A stretch of 41,403 nt of DNA, taken from positions 1 through 41,403 of IMG/VR virus record IMGVR_UViG_3300011335_000494; one strand, written 5' to 3'. Under the pieces are notes generated by a model. The model searched no databases. It was not told the DNA's origin and saw only the letters and a list, made by a program, of their open reading frames with translations. How positions within the stretch are numbered: the stretch's first letter is position 1; every line of letters starts with the position of its first letter. Source of the stretch: a virus (taxonomy: Duplodnaviria > Caudoviricetes). This document shows positions 1-7,652 of the stretch, piece after piece. A program made the position numbers and the translations under genes.

Positions 1-145
1 CTAACGCTGTGCGCCAGTTGGTTGCCTCTCCCGCAGCTAGCAGCGTGGGTTCATCCCCGCTGAAATCAAATAGCTCTACCTTGTTGCGCTTCTTTCCTGC
101 CTGTATCACCACTGTAATAACGTGGGTAGTAGTCTCTTCTGTCAT
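1..145 (-). CDS. Hypothetical protein, 5' part (MTEETTTHVITVVIQ...); allele of 39658-39903, cut by the window edge
   Basis: ATG at 145 overlaps the upstream TGA; same reading frame content as the 39658-39903 ORF. Confidence 0.75.
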   Translation of the reverse strand, partial: MTEETTTHVITVVIQAGKKRNKVELFDFSGDEPTLLAAGEATNWRTAL

Positions 146-306
146 CACTCACCCTTCCCTTCTGAATATGTATCGATCATAGATAGTGCATAGGTCATTC
201 TCATTAGGTTCATCCCTGCTTCCTTCTCCGTCTCTTCATCTTGTATCTGTATCAGTGCAAGGTCACGACATAGATCTGCCTTAGCTTGCCAGTATTCTTT
301 ATTCAT
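145..306 (-). CDS. Early hypothetical protein, 53 aa (MNKEYWQAKADLCRDLAL...)
   Basis: Translated by hand; stop/start coupled on both sides; conserved in the second copy (40040-40201). Confidence 0.8.
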   Translation of the reverse strand: MNKEYWQAKADLCRDLALIQIQDEETEKEAGMNLMRMTYALSMIDTYSEGKGE

Positions 307-434
307 TAAGCTACTATCTCCCATCCGCTATTAAGCACCGCTTCCTGCCATTCTCCACAATATTCGCAGACATAATCTGCATTCACTGTAGATAATACGA
401 GTCCTCTTAATCCGCAAAATCTGCACTTATCCAT
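306..434 (-). CDS. Small Zn-finger-like protein, 42 aa (CRFC...CEYC), allele A only
   Basis: Hand translation MDKCRFCGLRGLVLSTVNADYVCEYCGEWQEAVLNSGWEIVA; TAATG coupling. Confidence 0.75.
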   Translation of the reverse strand: MDKCRFCGLRGLVLSTVNADYVCEYCGEWQEAVLNSGWEIVA

Positions 435-538
435 TAACTCTCCCCTTCCATTTCCTCTAGTGTATCGAACTCTTCGCCCAGCTCTTCACTCTCTTCTTCA
501 TAGAATGTAGGGTCATTTAACTCAGGCTCATAACTCAT
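434..538 (-). CDS. Very acidic 34-aa peptide (MSYEPELNDPTFYEEESEELGEEFDTLEEMEGES)
   Basis: TAATG coupling; allele at 40194-40304 keeps the frame. Confidence 0.7.
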   Translation of the reverse strand: MSYEPELNDPTFYEEESEELGEEFDTLEEMEGES

Positions 539-690
539 TAGATTACCTTGCTTCCGTAGCTTAATAACTCTCCCTCTTTGCTGAACTCAGCATCACAATT
601 ACCGCAATAGGTAGCGCCACACTTGCATTCGTGGTCATCAGTATCCATAGAATAAAGCTCAGTGCTATCACACTGCTTACAATTCTTCAT
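538..690 (-). CDS. Cys-rich 50-aa protein (CKQC...CKC...CGNC), allele A only
   Basis: Hand translation; ATGA and TAATG coupling with neighbours. Confidence 0.7.
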   Translation of the reverse strand: MKNCKQCDSTELYSMDTDDHECKCGATYCGNCDAEFSKEGELLSYGSKVI

Positions 691-935
691 TCCTCTTCCC
701 ACCCTTTCGCCATTAACTCTCTGACTTGATCGGTAATCTCATCAGCGCCGCAGCTTTGCCAGTACTCAGCTCTCTCAGCTCTCATAATTGCTTGAGCCCA
801 TAGCTCATCACTCACCACCACCCCTTCATTACTGTCAAATGCTGTCTCAGCAAACTCTTTATCCCAGTACGCCACTAGCAGCTCATCATCAGGACTATAA
901 CTCTCCAGCTGCTTAATCAATTCGCTTACCTTCAT
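687..935 (-). CDS. Hypothetical protein (MKVSELIKQLE... N-terminus), allele A only
   Basis: ORF track; common phage MKVxELIxxL start; coupled to neighbours. Confidence 0.8.
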   Translation of the reverse strand: MKVSELIKQLESYSPDDELLVAYWDKEFAETAFDSNEGVVVSDELWAQAIMRAERAEYWQSCGADEITDQVRELMAKGWEEE

Positions 936-1285
936 TCCTCTTCACCCTTCTCCATAGTTGCATTCTTCTCCAATAGCTGGCTCACTAGCTCAGCTGCTGC
1001 CAGTACGCCAGCTGCGTGAGCTTCTTCCAGTGCCTTGTTACTGTATCGGCTACAAGGGATAACACTTACTCGCGCCATAGTATCTTCAAACTGTCGCCAC
1101 TTCTCCATTACGAAGCTGCCGCTATAGCTTACGCTGCACTCCTTCACCACTGTAACGATAGCTTTACTCCCCTTATAGTGGGATGTATATACCTTCACCC
1201 TTCTCCCATTCTCTAGGTCATAGGTATCGGTAGCCTTGCGGCCTATGAAATCAGTGAACCTCTTGCACTCTGTAGCTGTAATCAT
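932..1285 (-). CDS. Early hypothetical protein, 117 aa
   Basis: ORF track; nearly identical protein at 40304-40654 with mostly synonymous changes. Confidence 0.85.
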   Translation of the reverse strand: MITATECKRFTDFIGRKATDTYDLENGRRVKVYTSHYKGSKAIVTVVKECSVSYSGSFVMEKWRQFEDTMARVSVIPCSRYSNKALEEAHAAGVLAAAELVSQLLEKNATMEKGEEE

Positions 1286-1441
1286 TTACTTCCCCTTCCC
1301 TTCTGTAAAGTAACACTCAGTAATTGAACCCCAGCACCAACCGTCACCAACCCAGTTAATATGCCCTGAAATATAGAATGAAGCTGCAATAAATAGCACA
1401 ATAGCTACTGCTCGCACTCTCTTTCCTCGCTTAGTAATCAT
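1286..1441 (-). CDS. Small membrane protein, 51 aa (MITKRGKRVRAVAIVLFIAASFYISGHINWVGDGWCWGSITECYF...)
   Basis: Basic N-terminus plus hydrophobic segment; allele at 40822-40977 with conservative substitutions. Confidence 0.8.
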   Translation of the reverse strand: MITKRGKRVRAVAIVLFIAASFYISGHINWVGDGWCWGSITECYFTEGKGK

Positions 1442-1795
1442 TTACTCTTCCTCCCTATTCACTGTATCCTGCCAAGTCTTATTGCCCCAATCAGTGTGAG
1501 ATCTGAAGCAGCTGCCGTAGTAGGCCACCTCTCCCAAGTCCTCACAATATACGCCAGTAAGCTCACCTTTGATAGTTACCTTACCGCTTCTAGTAAATAG
1601 TCTGCGTACTGTATAGGTATCGTTCCAAGCTAGGTCAATGGTTAAGCTGTATCCGTTACTTATCGGCAGCGTTACTCCAGTGCTGCGCTTAGTTACTCTC
1701 CCGCCACTTATAGCGAAGAGGTTATTCATTCCAAGCTGACTCAGCAGCTCTTCAGTATTGCAAGGCCTGAACTCTTCTAGCTTCACTGCTTCCAT
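1442..1795 (-). CDS. Conserved phage early hypothetical protein (LSQLG...AISGGRV...DTYTV...VYCEDL)
   Basis: ORF track; motif pattern recurrent in phage early regions; allele at 40978-41331. Confidence 0.85.
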   Translation of the reverse strand: MEAVKLEEFRPCNTEELLSQLGMNNLFAISGGRVTKRSTGVTLPISNGYSLTIDLAWNDTYTVRRLFTRSGKVTIKGELTGVYCEDLGEVAYYGSCFRSHTDWGNKTWQDTVNREEE

Positions 1796-1941
1796 TACGC
1801 TACCGCCTTTGTATAGATACCATAGACAGCGTACAGCTTAGCGATCCGCTTTACTGCAGCAGCTGTCATTACTGCAGCTGCTACCTCTTCGCCTGTCTCA
1901 ATATCTACTAGGCGGATATACTGCTTCTCTCTCCCTGCCAT
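1795..1941 (-). CDS. Hypothetical protein, 48 aa (MAGREKQYIRLVDIETGEEV...)
   Basis: Start moved to ATG 1941, which follows the SD-like GGAAGGGG; the upstream part of the ORF-track frame is the structured element. Confidence 0.75.
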   Translation of the reverse strand: MAGREKQYIRLVDIETGEEVAAAVMTAAAVKRIAKLYAVYGIYTKAVA

Positions 1942-2028
1942 TCTTTTACCCCTTCCAAGGTAGGTTATCCTAGTGCTTAGCTCTAGGCCACTGCCTACGG
2001 TATAGCTACCGTAGGCAATAGTCAAGCT
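1942..2028 (-). promoter_or_regulatory. Repeated structured intergenic element, copy 1
   Basis: AGCTTGACTA-[TTGCCTACGGTA gcta TACCGTAGGCAG]-TGGCCTAGAGCTAAGCACTAGGAT...ACCTTGGAAGGGGTAAAAGA-ATG. Confidence 0.7.
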
Positions 2029-2391
2029 CTAAGCTACCTCACGCGCTAAGCGTGGCGCATTCTCTCCCAGCTCTTCAGTGTCTGAAATATCAAACACATA
2101 GCGCCAGCTGAAGCGCAGCTTCTCTTCCCCTTCCTCATTCATATACTTACCGACAGGGACAAGGATAGCTGCGCCAGTGCTTCCCTTCTTTACGCTTCTT
2201 CCTGCGCTCTTCCAATCGTGGAAGCCAGCGCACTTTGTAGCTGTAGGCTTCTGCCATAGGATAAGCAGACTATTCCTCACGCTGAAATCTTCTAGCAGCG
2301 TTACTGGCGCGATAGTCCCGCGCTCTTCCATAATCTCCACTGCGTCCGATAGTGAGCGGATAAAGCTGGCCTTCTCTTCTTTGCTTCTCAT
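2029..2391 (-). CDS. ArdC-like N-terminal ssDNA-binding domain protein (DUF1738 type), candidate anti-restriction
   Basis: Motifs FSVRNSLLILWQKPTAT, GFHDWKSAGRSVKKG and VFDISDT match the ArdC-N pattern; no metalloprotease domain. Confidence 0.8.
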   Translation of the reverse strand: MRSKEEKASFIRSLSDAVEIMEERGTIAPVTLLEDFSVRNSLLILWQKPTATKCAGFHDWKSAGRSVKKGSTGAAILVPVGKYMNEEGEEKLRFSWRYVFDISDTEELGENAPRLAREVA

Positions 2392-2395
2392 AGTA

Positions 2396-2680
2396 TTACT
2401 CTCCCGCCAGCTCTAGCACTGCCCAGCTGCTGCCAGCGTTCAAGCGTTCAAGCTCAGCTATATCCTGCTCGCGTGTAGTGCTGGCGCTAATTGTGGAGAT
2501 ATCGCGTAGGCATTCTGCATTCATATCAGCGAAGCGGCCAGCTGGGAGATTGAGGACATTCTGTAGGCCGCGTGTATTAGCCTTCACCTTGCTATTGAAG
2601 CTCTTCCCAGCGTAAGAGAATGGGAAGATTACCCATTTAATAGCTGCTGTCTCTCCCTTTACTTCTAGTGCTGTAGTCAT
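2396..2680 (-). CDS. Early hypothetical protein, 94 aa
   Basis: ORF track; GGAAGGGG SD upstream. Confidence 0.8.
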   Translation of the reverse strand: MTTALEVKGETAAIKWVIFPFSYAGKSFNSKVKANTRGLQNVLNLPAGRFADMNAECLRDISTISASTTREQDIAELERLNAGSSWAVLELAGE

Positions 2681-2762
2681 TCTTTACCCCTTCCAAGGTT
2701 TAAGATCCTAGGCTAGCCCTAGGCCAGCGGCCAGCTCTTACGAGCTGGCAGCTAGTCAAGCT
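2681..2762 (-). promoter_or_regulatory. Repeated structured intergenic element, copy 2
   Basis: AGCTTGACTA-[GCTGCCAGCTC gtaa GAGCTGGCCGC]-TGGCCTAGGGCTAGCCTAGGAT...ACCTTGGAAGGGGTAAAGA-ATG. Confidence 0.7.
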
Positions 2763-2933
2763 CTAGCTTAGTGCTGCGATATCTGCTGCGTCTAGGTTAG
2801 TATCAAAGCTTGTCCCGCAATTAGGGCAGCTTATGACAGCTAAGAAGCTGCTGCCATAAGGCTCTAGCCATATGCTGGCGGCTAAGCTGTCGCAATCGCC
2901 GCAGATAGCTCTATGCTTCGCAATCGTGGCCAT
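2763..2933 (-). CDS. Small Zn-ribbon protein (CGDC...CPNC), 56 aa
   Basis: Two CxxC pairs; ATG 2933 chosen. Confidence 0.7.
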   Translation of the reverse strand: MATIAKHRAICGDCDSLAASIWLEPYGSSFLAVISCPNCGTSFDTNLDAADIAALS

Positions 2934-3027
2934 AGAAGAACTCTCCCGCTTCCTCTTCATTCAATAGATTAAATACGCGGCCACACTCTACGCAGCGGCT
3001 GCGTGTCTGCAGATTGAAAGTCTCCAT
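2911..3027 (-). CDS. First early gene, 38 aa (METFNLQTRSRCVECGRVFNLLNEEEAGEFFYGHDCEA), CxxC...HxC
   Basis: Hand translation; AAGGAAGG SD; lies directly downstream of the early promoter. Confidence 0.75.
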   Translation of the reverse strand: METFNLQTRSRCVECGRVFNLLNEEEAGEFFYGHDCEA

Positions 3028-3043
3028 TTACTTACCTTCCTTC

Positions 3044-3442
3044 AGCTGAGCTCTTCAGCTGATACCCTTAAAGTACGCTACCGTAATAAGCGTGTCAAGC
3101 TATAAGCTGCTAATTATGGTTACGATATTATAACGATTAGCTGGGAATTAGCTGGGAAGATCCTAGCTCTAGAAGCTGACAGCTGCGCCAGCTGGCCAGC
3201 TGCTAAGAAGCTGTAAAGCTGGGAGAAGCTGCGGGAAGCTGCGAGCTGATAGCTGGCCGCGAGCTTGAAGAGCTGCGAGCTGGCCGCGAGGATAGACAGC
3301 GGAAGCTGGCAGCTGTAGGCATTTATTAAATACAGCTGAGAGAATATATAGGGGAAGGGGTAGCCGCAGCTGTAGGCATCCCTGCGGGATATCCTAACCG
3401 TACTGGCAGCAGCGGCAGCAGCGCAGCTCAGCAGCGCAGCTG
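3044..3442. repeat. Non-coding AGCT(G) short-repeat array
   Basis: 27 AGCT in ~400 bp by hand count, 22 of them AGCTG on the plus strand. Confidence 0.9.
3070..3098 (-). promoter_or_regulatory. Housekeeping-sigma early promoter
   Basis: Minus strand TTGACA-17 nt-TACTTT, about 40 nt upstream of the first early ATG. Confidence 0.8.
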
Positions 3443-3525
3443 CTGCGGTTACGAGCAGGAGACCCCTAGGTGTTAAGTTTAGTGCGTGTGTAGTGTATGT
3501 ACCCTCTACAGATATATTTCCTAAA

Positions 3526-3585
3526 GTGAACCAGATCACTCATCAATGTCCTATTTTGTACCGATTTAATAGTGACGTTAGTCAC
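3526..3585. promoter_or_regulatory. Two GTGA-N6-TCAC palindromes (CRP/GlxR-type boxes)
   Basis: GTGAaccagaTCAC at 3526-3539 and GTGAcgttagTCAC at 3572-3585. Confidence 0.5.
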
Positions 3586-3838
3586 ATTATTAAAATACTT
3601 TATACCATAGGCAGGAAATGACTTTTTATTCCTGCCTTATATACAGTAGGGGCGGTAATTGTGATAGCCCCGTACAGTCTCGCTACGGTTACCCTACGCG
3701 AGTCCCTAGGACGAGCACTGACTTACCCCTCGCTACGCTGTAGCTTGCTCGGGAGTTACCGTAACCGCTTGTCGTGCCAAGCACGACTTTTAATCGGGTG
3801 TAGTCTACCTATAACCCAATGAGATTGTAGGAGACCCA

Positions 3839-5698
3839 ATGGCTGAGAACTCAGCAGATATAGCAAAGCGAATCATCTTAGGATGTGTAGCTGAGGGTAT
3901 GACCATTGAACAAGCCTGCCTATCGGCTGGCAAGTCTATGAAGACATACGAGTACTACCGACGTACTGACAAGATCTTCTGCGACAAGATTGACCGAACC
4001 CGCCTAGGACTAAAGGACAAGCAGTTCGCCGCAGGTGATGTCCACGACATCTCATTTGCCGAGTTCCGTGAACGCTTCCTTAACTCTAAGACCTTCCCAC
4101 ACCAGCAAAACCTAGTGGATATGATCGAAGGCAAAGAACCTTCCTGGCTACATCCTTCGATGAAGTTTGAGCAGGGTCTGGCTAACAACCGTATCCTTAT
4201 TAACATCCCGCCCAACCACGCCAAGTCCATCACGGTCACCGTAGACTATGTAACTTGGCAGGTTGCCCGTAATCCTAACTTTCGTGTGCTGATTGTCTCT
4301 CAGACTCAGCAACTAGCCGCCGACTTTCTCTACGCCATCAAGCAGCGTTTGACTCACCCAATGTATGAGAACCTTCAAAATGCTTATGCTGCTGGCGTAG
4401 GGTTTAACTCTAAGTCTGCCTCGTGGCAGGCTACCCGTATCACCTTCGGTGATGAACTACGTGAGTCATCTGAGAAGGACCCGAATATCGAAGCCGTTGG
4501 TATCAACGGTCAGATCTACGGTAAGCGTGCCGATATGATTATCGTAGACGATGCTGTAACCTTAAAGAACGCCAATGAGTTTGAACGCCAGATCAAGTGG
4601 TTGACACAGGACGTACGTTCTCGTCTAAACCCTACTGGCAAGTTGATTATCATTGGAACCCGTGTGGCAGCCGTAGACCTCTATCGAGAACTACGTAACC
4701 CAGACCGCTATCCAGGTGGCTTAGTCCCTTGGAAGTATCTAGCGATGCCAGCCCTGCTGGAAACAGATGAAGACCCTGATAAGTGGGTTACCCTGTGGCC
4801 AGCATCCGATGCTCCATTCGATGGGCAAGAAGAATCAGATCTTAATGAGGATGGACTATACCCACGTTGGAATGGTCGTAACCTCTACAACGAACGTCAA
4901 GCGATGGATGCATCTACTTGGGCGCTGGTCTACCAGCAACAAGATATTTCAGATGATGCTATCTTTGATCCAGTATGTGTGAGAGGTTCTATTGATGGAA
5001 TGCGTAAAGCAGGCAGGTTGGTTCCTGGCCACCCTGGTCATCCACGCGATACGAACGGCTTTAGTTTTATTTGTGGTCTTGATCCCGCTATGGTTGGTGA
5101 TACAGCCGCCGTTTGTTACGCTGTTGATAGGGTTAGCCATAAACGCTATATCGTTGACGCTATTAAAATTACTCGCCCAACGCCTGCTCAGATCCGTCAG
5201 TTAATATTTGACTGGACTAGCCTCTATAGTCCTAGTGAATGGATTGTAGAGAAGAATGCTTTTCAGTCGTTTCTTACGCAAGATGAGGGCATCCGTGCCA
5301 ACCTTGCATCCAGAGGCGTGTTACTGCGAGAGCATCACACGGGTAACAACAAGTGGGACTCAGGTTTCGGTGTTGCGTCTATGTCAACATTGTTTGGCAC
5401 CAAGCAACACGATGGAAAGCACCACCGCGATAATTTAATTCATATGCCTAGTGACCAAACGGAAAACATTAAGGCAATGATTGAACAGCTCATTACTTGG
5501 TCACCTACAACTAAGGGTAAGACCGATATGGTAATGGCTCTGTGGTTCTGTGAGATCCGCGCACGTGAGATGCTCAATCAAGGTATCCACGCTACGCACC
5601 ATATGAAAAATCCTTTCCTGTCTCGTTACGAACAGGGTAAGAGAACAGTCATTAACATTGATGAACTGCTCGCAGAACAAGAACGTACATTCATCTAA
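3839..5698 (+). CDS. terL: Terminase large subunit with an N-terminal HTH-like extension
   Basis: Walker A-like INIPPNHAKS, Walker B IIVDD, nuclease motifs GLDPA/EKNAFQ/DMVMALW; first gene of the morphogenesis operon. Confidence 0.93.
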   Translation: MAENSADIAKRIILGCVAEGMTIEQACLSAGKSMKTYEYYRRTDKIFCDKIDRTRLGLKDKQFAAGDVHDISFAEFRERFLNSKTFPHQQNLVDMIEGKEPSWLHPSMKFEQGLANNRILINIPPNHAKSITVTVDYVTWQVARNPNFRVLIVSQTQQLAADFLYAIKQRLTHPMYENLQNAYAAGVGFNSKSASWQATRITFGDELRESSEKDPNIEAVGINGQIYGKRADMIIVDDAVTLKNANEFERQIKWLTQDVRSRLNPTGKLIIIGTRVAAVDLYRELRNPDRYPGGLVPWKYLAMPALLETDEDPDKWVTLWPASDAPFDGQEESDLNEDGLYPRWNGRNLYNERQAMDASTWALVYQQQDISDDAIFDPVCVRGSIDGMRKAGRLVPGHPGHPRDTNGFSFICGLDPAMVGDTAAVCYAVDRVSHKRYIVDAIKITRPTPAQIRQLIFDWTSLYSPSEWIVEKNAFQSFLTQDEGIRANLASRGVLLREHHTGNNKWDSGFGVASMSTLFGTKQHDGKHHRDNLIHMPSDQTENIKAMIEQLITWSPTTKGKTDMVMALWFCEIRAREMLNQGIHATHHMKNPFLSRYEQGKRTVINIDELLAEQERTFI

Positions 5699-5707
5699 GG
5701 AGAAACA

Positions 5708-7465
5708 TTGTTATCAACTAAAGAGGTCGTAGCGAAGGTATCCCGCCTTCAAACACGCTACGCCGCACGTGACCAGAGAATGCGTGACGTTCTCTCAGTG
5801 CGTCAAGGTGATATCTCAAAAGTTTATCCAGCAATGTTCTCAGAGGAATACCCAAAGCCTCTAGTTGCTAACTTCGTAGATGTAGCAGCACGTGACTTAG
5901 CAGAAGTAATGGCACCGCTTCCATCCTTTAATTGCGCTGCTACCAATATGGTTTCTGACTCTGCACGTAAAGCTGCAGATACACGCACACGTATTGCTAA
6001 TTACTACGTCTCATCTTCTGAATTACAGATCCAAATGTATACAGGTGCTGACTGGTTCAATACCTACGGTATGTTGCCAGCGATGGTAGAGATGGACTAT
6101 GAAACCAATAATCCGAGAATACGTCTGCTTAATCCTTTTGGTACTTATCCTGAAATTGATAGATTTGGTCGTACTCTTTCCATCACGCAGGTTATCTCAA
6201 CGGATGCAGAACAACTAGCTTCTCAGTATCCAGAGTTCTATGACCAGATTATGCCACGTGATGCATTCACACCAGGTTCACCTTATGTATCTTTGGTTCG
6301 CTACCACGATGCAGACCAAGACTTAATCTTTATTCCAGAGCGTAAGAACCTAGTTCTATCTAATACACCTAACCCAGTAGGCAAATGCTTAGCACGTGTT
6401 GCTATGCGTTCATCTATTGATGGCGAAGCACGTGGACAGTTTGACGATATCTTGTCAGTACAACTTGCTCGTGCTCGCTTTGCAGTATTGCAGATCCAAG
6501 CAGCAGAAAAATCTATCCAAGCACCTATTGCTATTCCACAGGATGTGCAAGAACTTGCATTAGGTCCTGATGCGATTATGCGTTCTGCTAACCCACAAGG
6601 TATTCGTCGTGTTCCACTAGAACTTCCTAACGGAGTATTCACCGAGTCTGGTGTTCTAGAACGTGAACTACGTACAGGTGCTCGTTACCCAGAAACTCGC
6701 TCAGGTAATATTGACGCATCTATCGTCACAGGTCGTGGCGTTCAAGCATTACAAGCTGGCTTTGATACACAGATCAAGGCAGCACAAGCACAGTTTGCTC
6801 GTTTGTTTACAGACCTTGTATCTCTCTGCTTTGAAGTAGACGAGAAGATCTTTGGTGATATGACCAAGGAAATCAAGGGAGTAGATGACGGTACTCCATT
6901 CAATATGAAGTACATTCCATCCAAGCAAATCGCAGGTAACTTTGGCGTAGATGTTCGTTACGGCATTATGTCTGGTATGGATCCAAACCGTGCAATCATT
7001 GCACTACTACAAATGCGTTCAGACAAGCTCGTATCTCGTGACTATGTACGTCGTGAGATCCCAATGGAACTTAATGTTACGCAGGAGGAACAACGTGTTG
7101 ATATCGAAGAAATGCGCGATTCTTTGCGGGTGGCTGTTGCTCAGTATGCTCAGGCCATTCCAGCGTTGGCAGCGCAAGGTCAAGACCCTAGTGAGATTAT
7201 CTCCCGTCTTGCACAAGTTATCCAAGGCCGTCAAAAGGGTCTTCAGTTAGAAACAGTTATTGAAAAAGCATTTGCACCTAAAGAACAACCAGCAGCGCCA
7301 GAGGCTCCTATGATGCCAGGCGTACCAGGAACTCCAGCAGCAGGTGCGGCCCCCGTACCTGCCTCGCAGCCAACTCCAGAACAAGGCGGAGCGGCCCCTG
7401 CTGCTGGTCCAGAACAACGTCCAGATATAGCAACCCTGCTAGCTTCTATTAGCGGCGCAGCATAA
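5708..7465 (+). CDS. Portal protein
   Basis: Directly after terL, 585 aa, Pro/Ala/Gln-rich C-terminal tail typical of podovirus portals; AGGAG SD before TTG. Confidence 0.85.
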   Translation: MLSTKEVVAKVSRLQTRYAARDQRMRDVLSVRQGDISKVYPAMFSEEYPKPLVANFVDVAARDLAEVMAPLPSFNCAATNMVSDSARKAADTRTRIANYYVSSSELQIQMYTGADWFNTYGMLPAMVEMDYETNNPRIRLLNPFGTYPEIDRFGRTLSITQVISTDAEQLASQYPEFYDQIMPRDAFTPGSPYVSLVRYHDADQDLIFIPERKNLVLSNTPNPVGKCLARVAMRSSIDGEARGQFDDILSVQLARARFAVLQIQAAEKSIQAPIAIPQDVQELALGPDAIMRSANPQGIRRVPLELPNGVFTESGVLERELRTGARYPETRSGNIDASIVTGRGVQALQAGFDTQIKAAQAQFARLFTDLVSLCFEVDEKIFGDMTKEIKGVDDGTPFNMKYIPSKQIAGNFGVDVRYGIMSGMDPNRAIIALLQMRSDKLVSRDYVRREIPMELNVTQEEQRVDIEEMRDSLRVAVAQYAQAIPALAAQGQDPSEIISRLAQVIQGRQKGLQLETVIEKAFAPKEQPAAPEAPMMPGVPGTPAAGAAPVPASQPTPEQGGAAPAAGPEQRPDIATLLASISGAA

Positions 7466-7482
7466 ACGAGGGAGGTGTAAAT

Positions 7483-7623
7483 ATGAACAAAGGATCACGT
7501 GCAGCAGCACCTATGTCAAAGCCTGTAGAGGGCAAGAAGGATACCTCAAAGCCAGCAGGCGGTAAGGTATTCTTTGGCTTGATGCCAGCAGGTCGTAAAG
7601 GATCAGCAGTAAAGAAGGGCTAA
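7483..7623 (+). CDS. Small basic protein, 46 aa (MNKGSRAAAPMSKPVEGKKD...)
   Basis: Strong GGAGGT SD; hand translation. Confidence 0.7.
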   Translation: MNKGSRAAAPMSKPVEGKKDTSKPAGGKVFFGLMPAGRKGSAVKKG

Positions 7624-7652
7624 GCAAATTCTAATTAACGGAGGTACTGGGC

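Larger units (their letters stand above)
1..1867. repeat. Left copy (allele A) of the non-identical terminal redundancy; counterpart at 39759-41403
   Basis: 1-127 is identical to 39759-39885 and 1742-1867 is identical to 41278-41403; the interior differs by SNPs and whole-gene indels. Confidence 0.95.

Noticed and set aside
1-1867. True direct terminal repeat
   Set aside because: The copies differ in gene content, and the exact overlaps of 126-127 bp match an assembler k-mer
1942-2025. N-terminal extension of ORF 1795-2025, and TTGACT as a -35 box
   Set aside because: The region is the repeated structured element; the SD supports ATG 1941; neither copy has a correctly spaced -10
3044-3442. 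CRISPR array or iteron set
   Set aside because: The unit is only 4-5 bp with irregular 3-7 bp spacers; no 25-40 bp repeats and no cas operon (the Cas4-like gene is a normal phage exonuclease)
3120-3539. 139-aa minus-strand ORF
   Set aside because: Ala/Ser/Gln/Leu translation of the AGCT array; lies upstream of the early promoter with no SD
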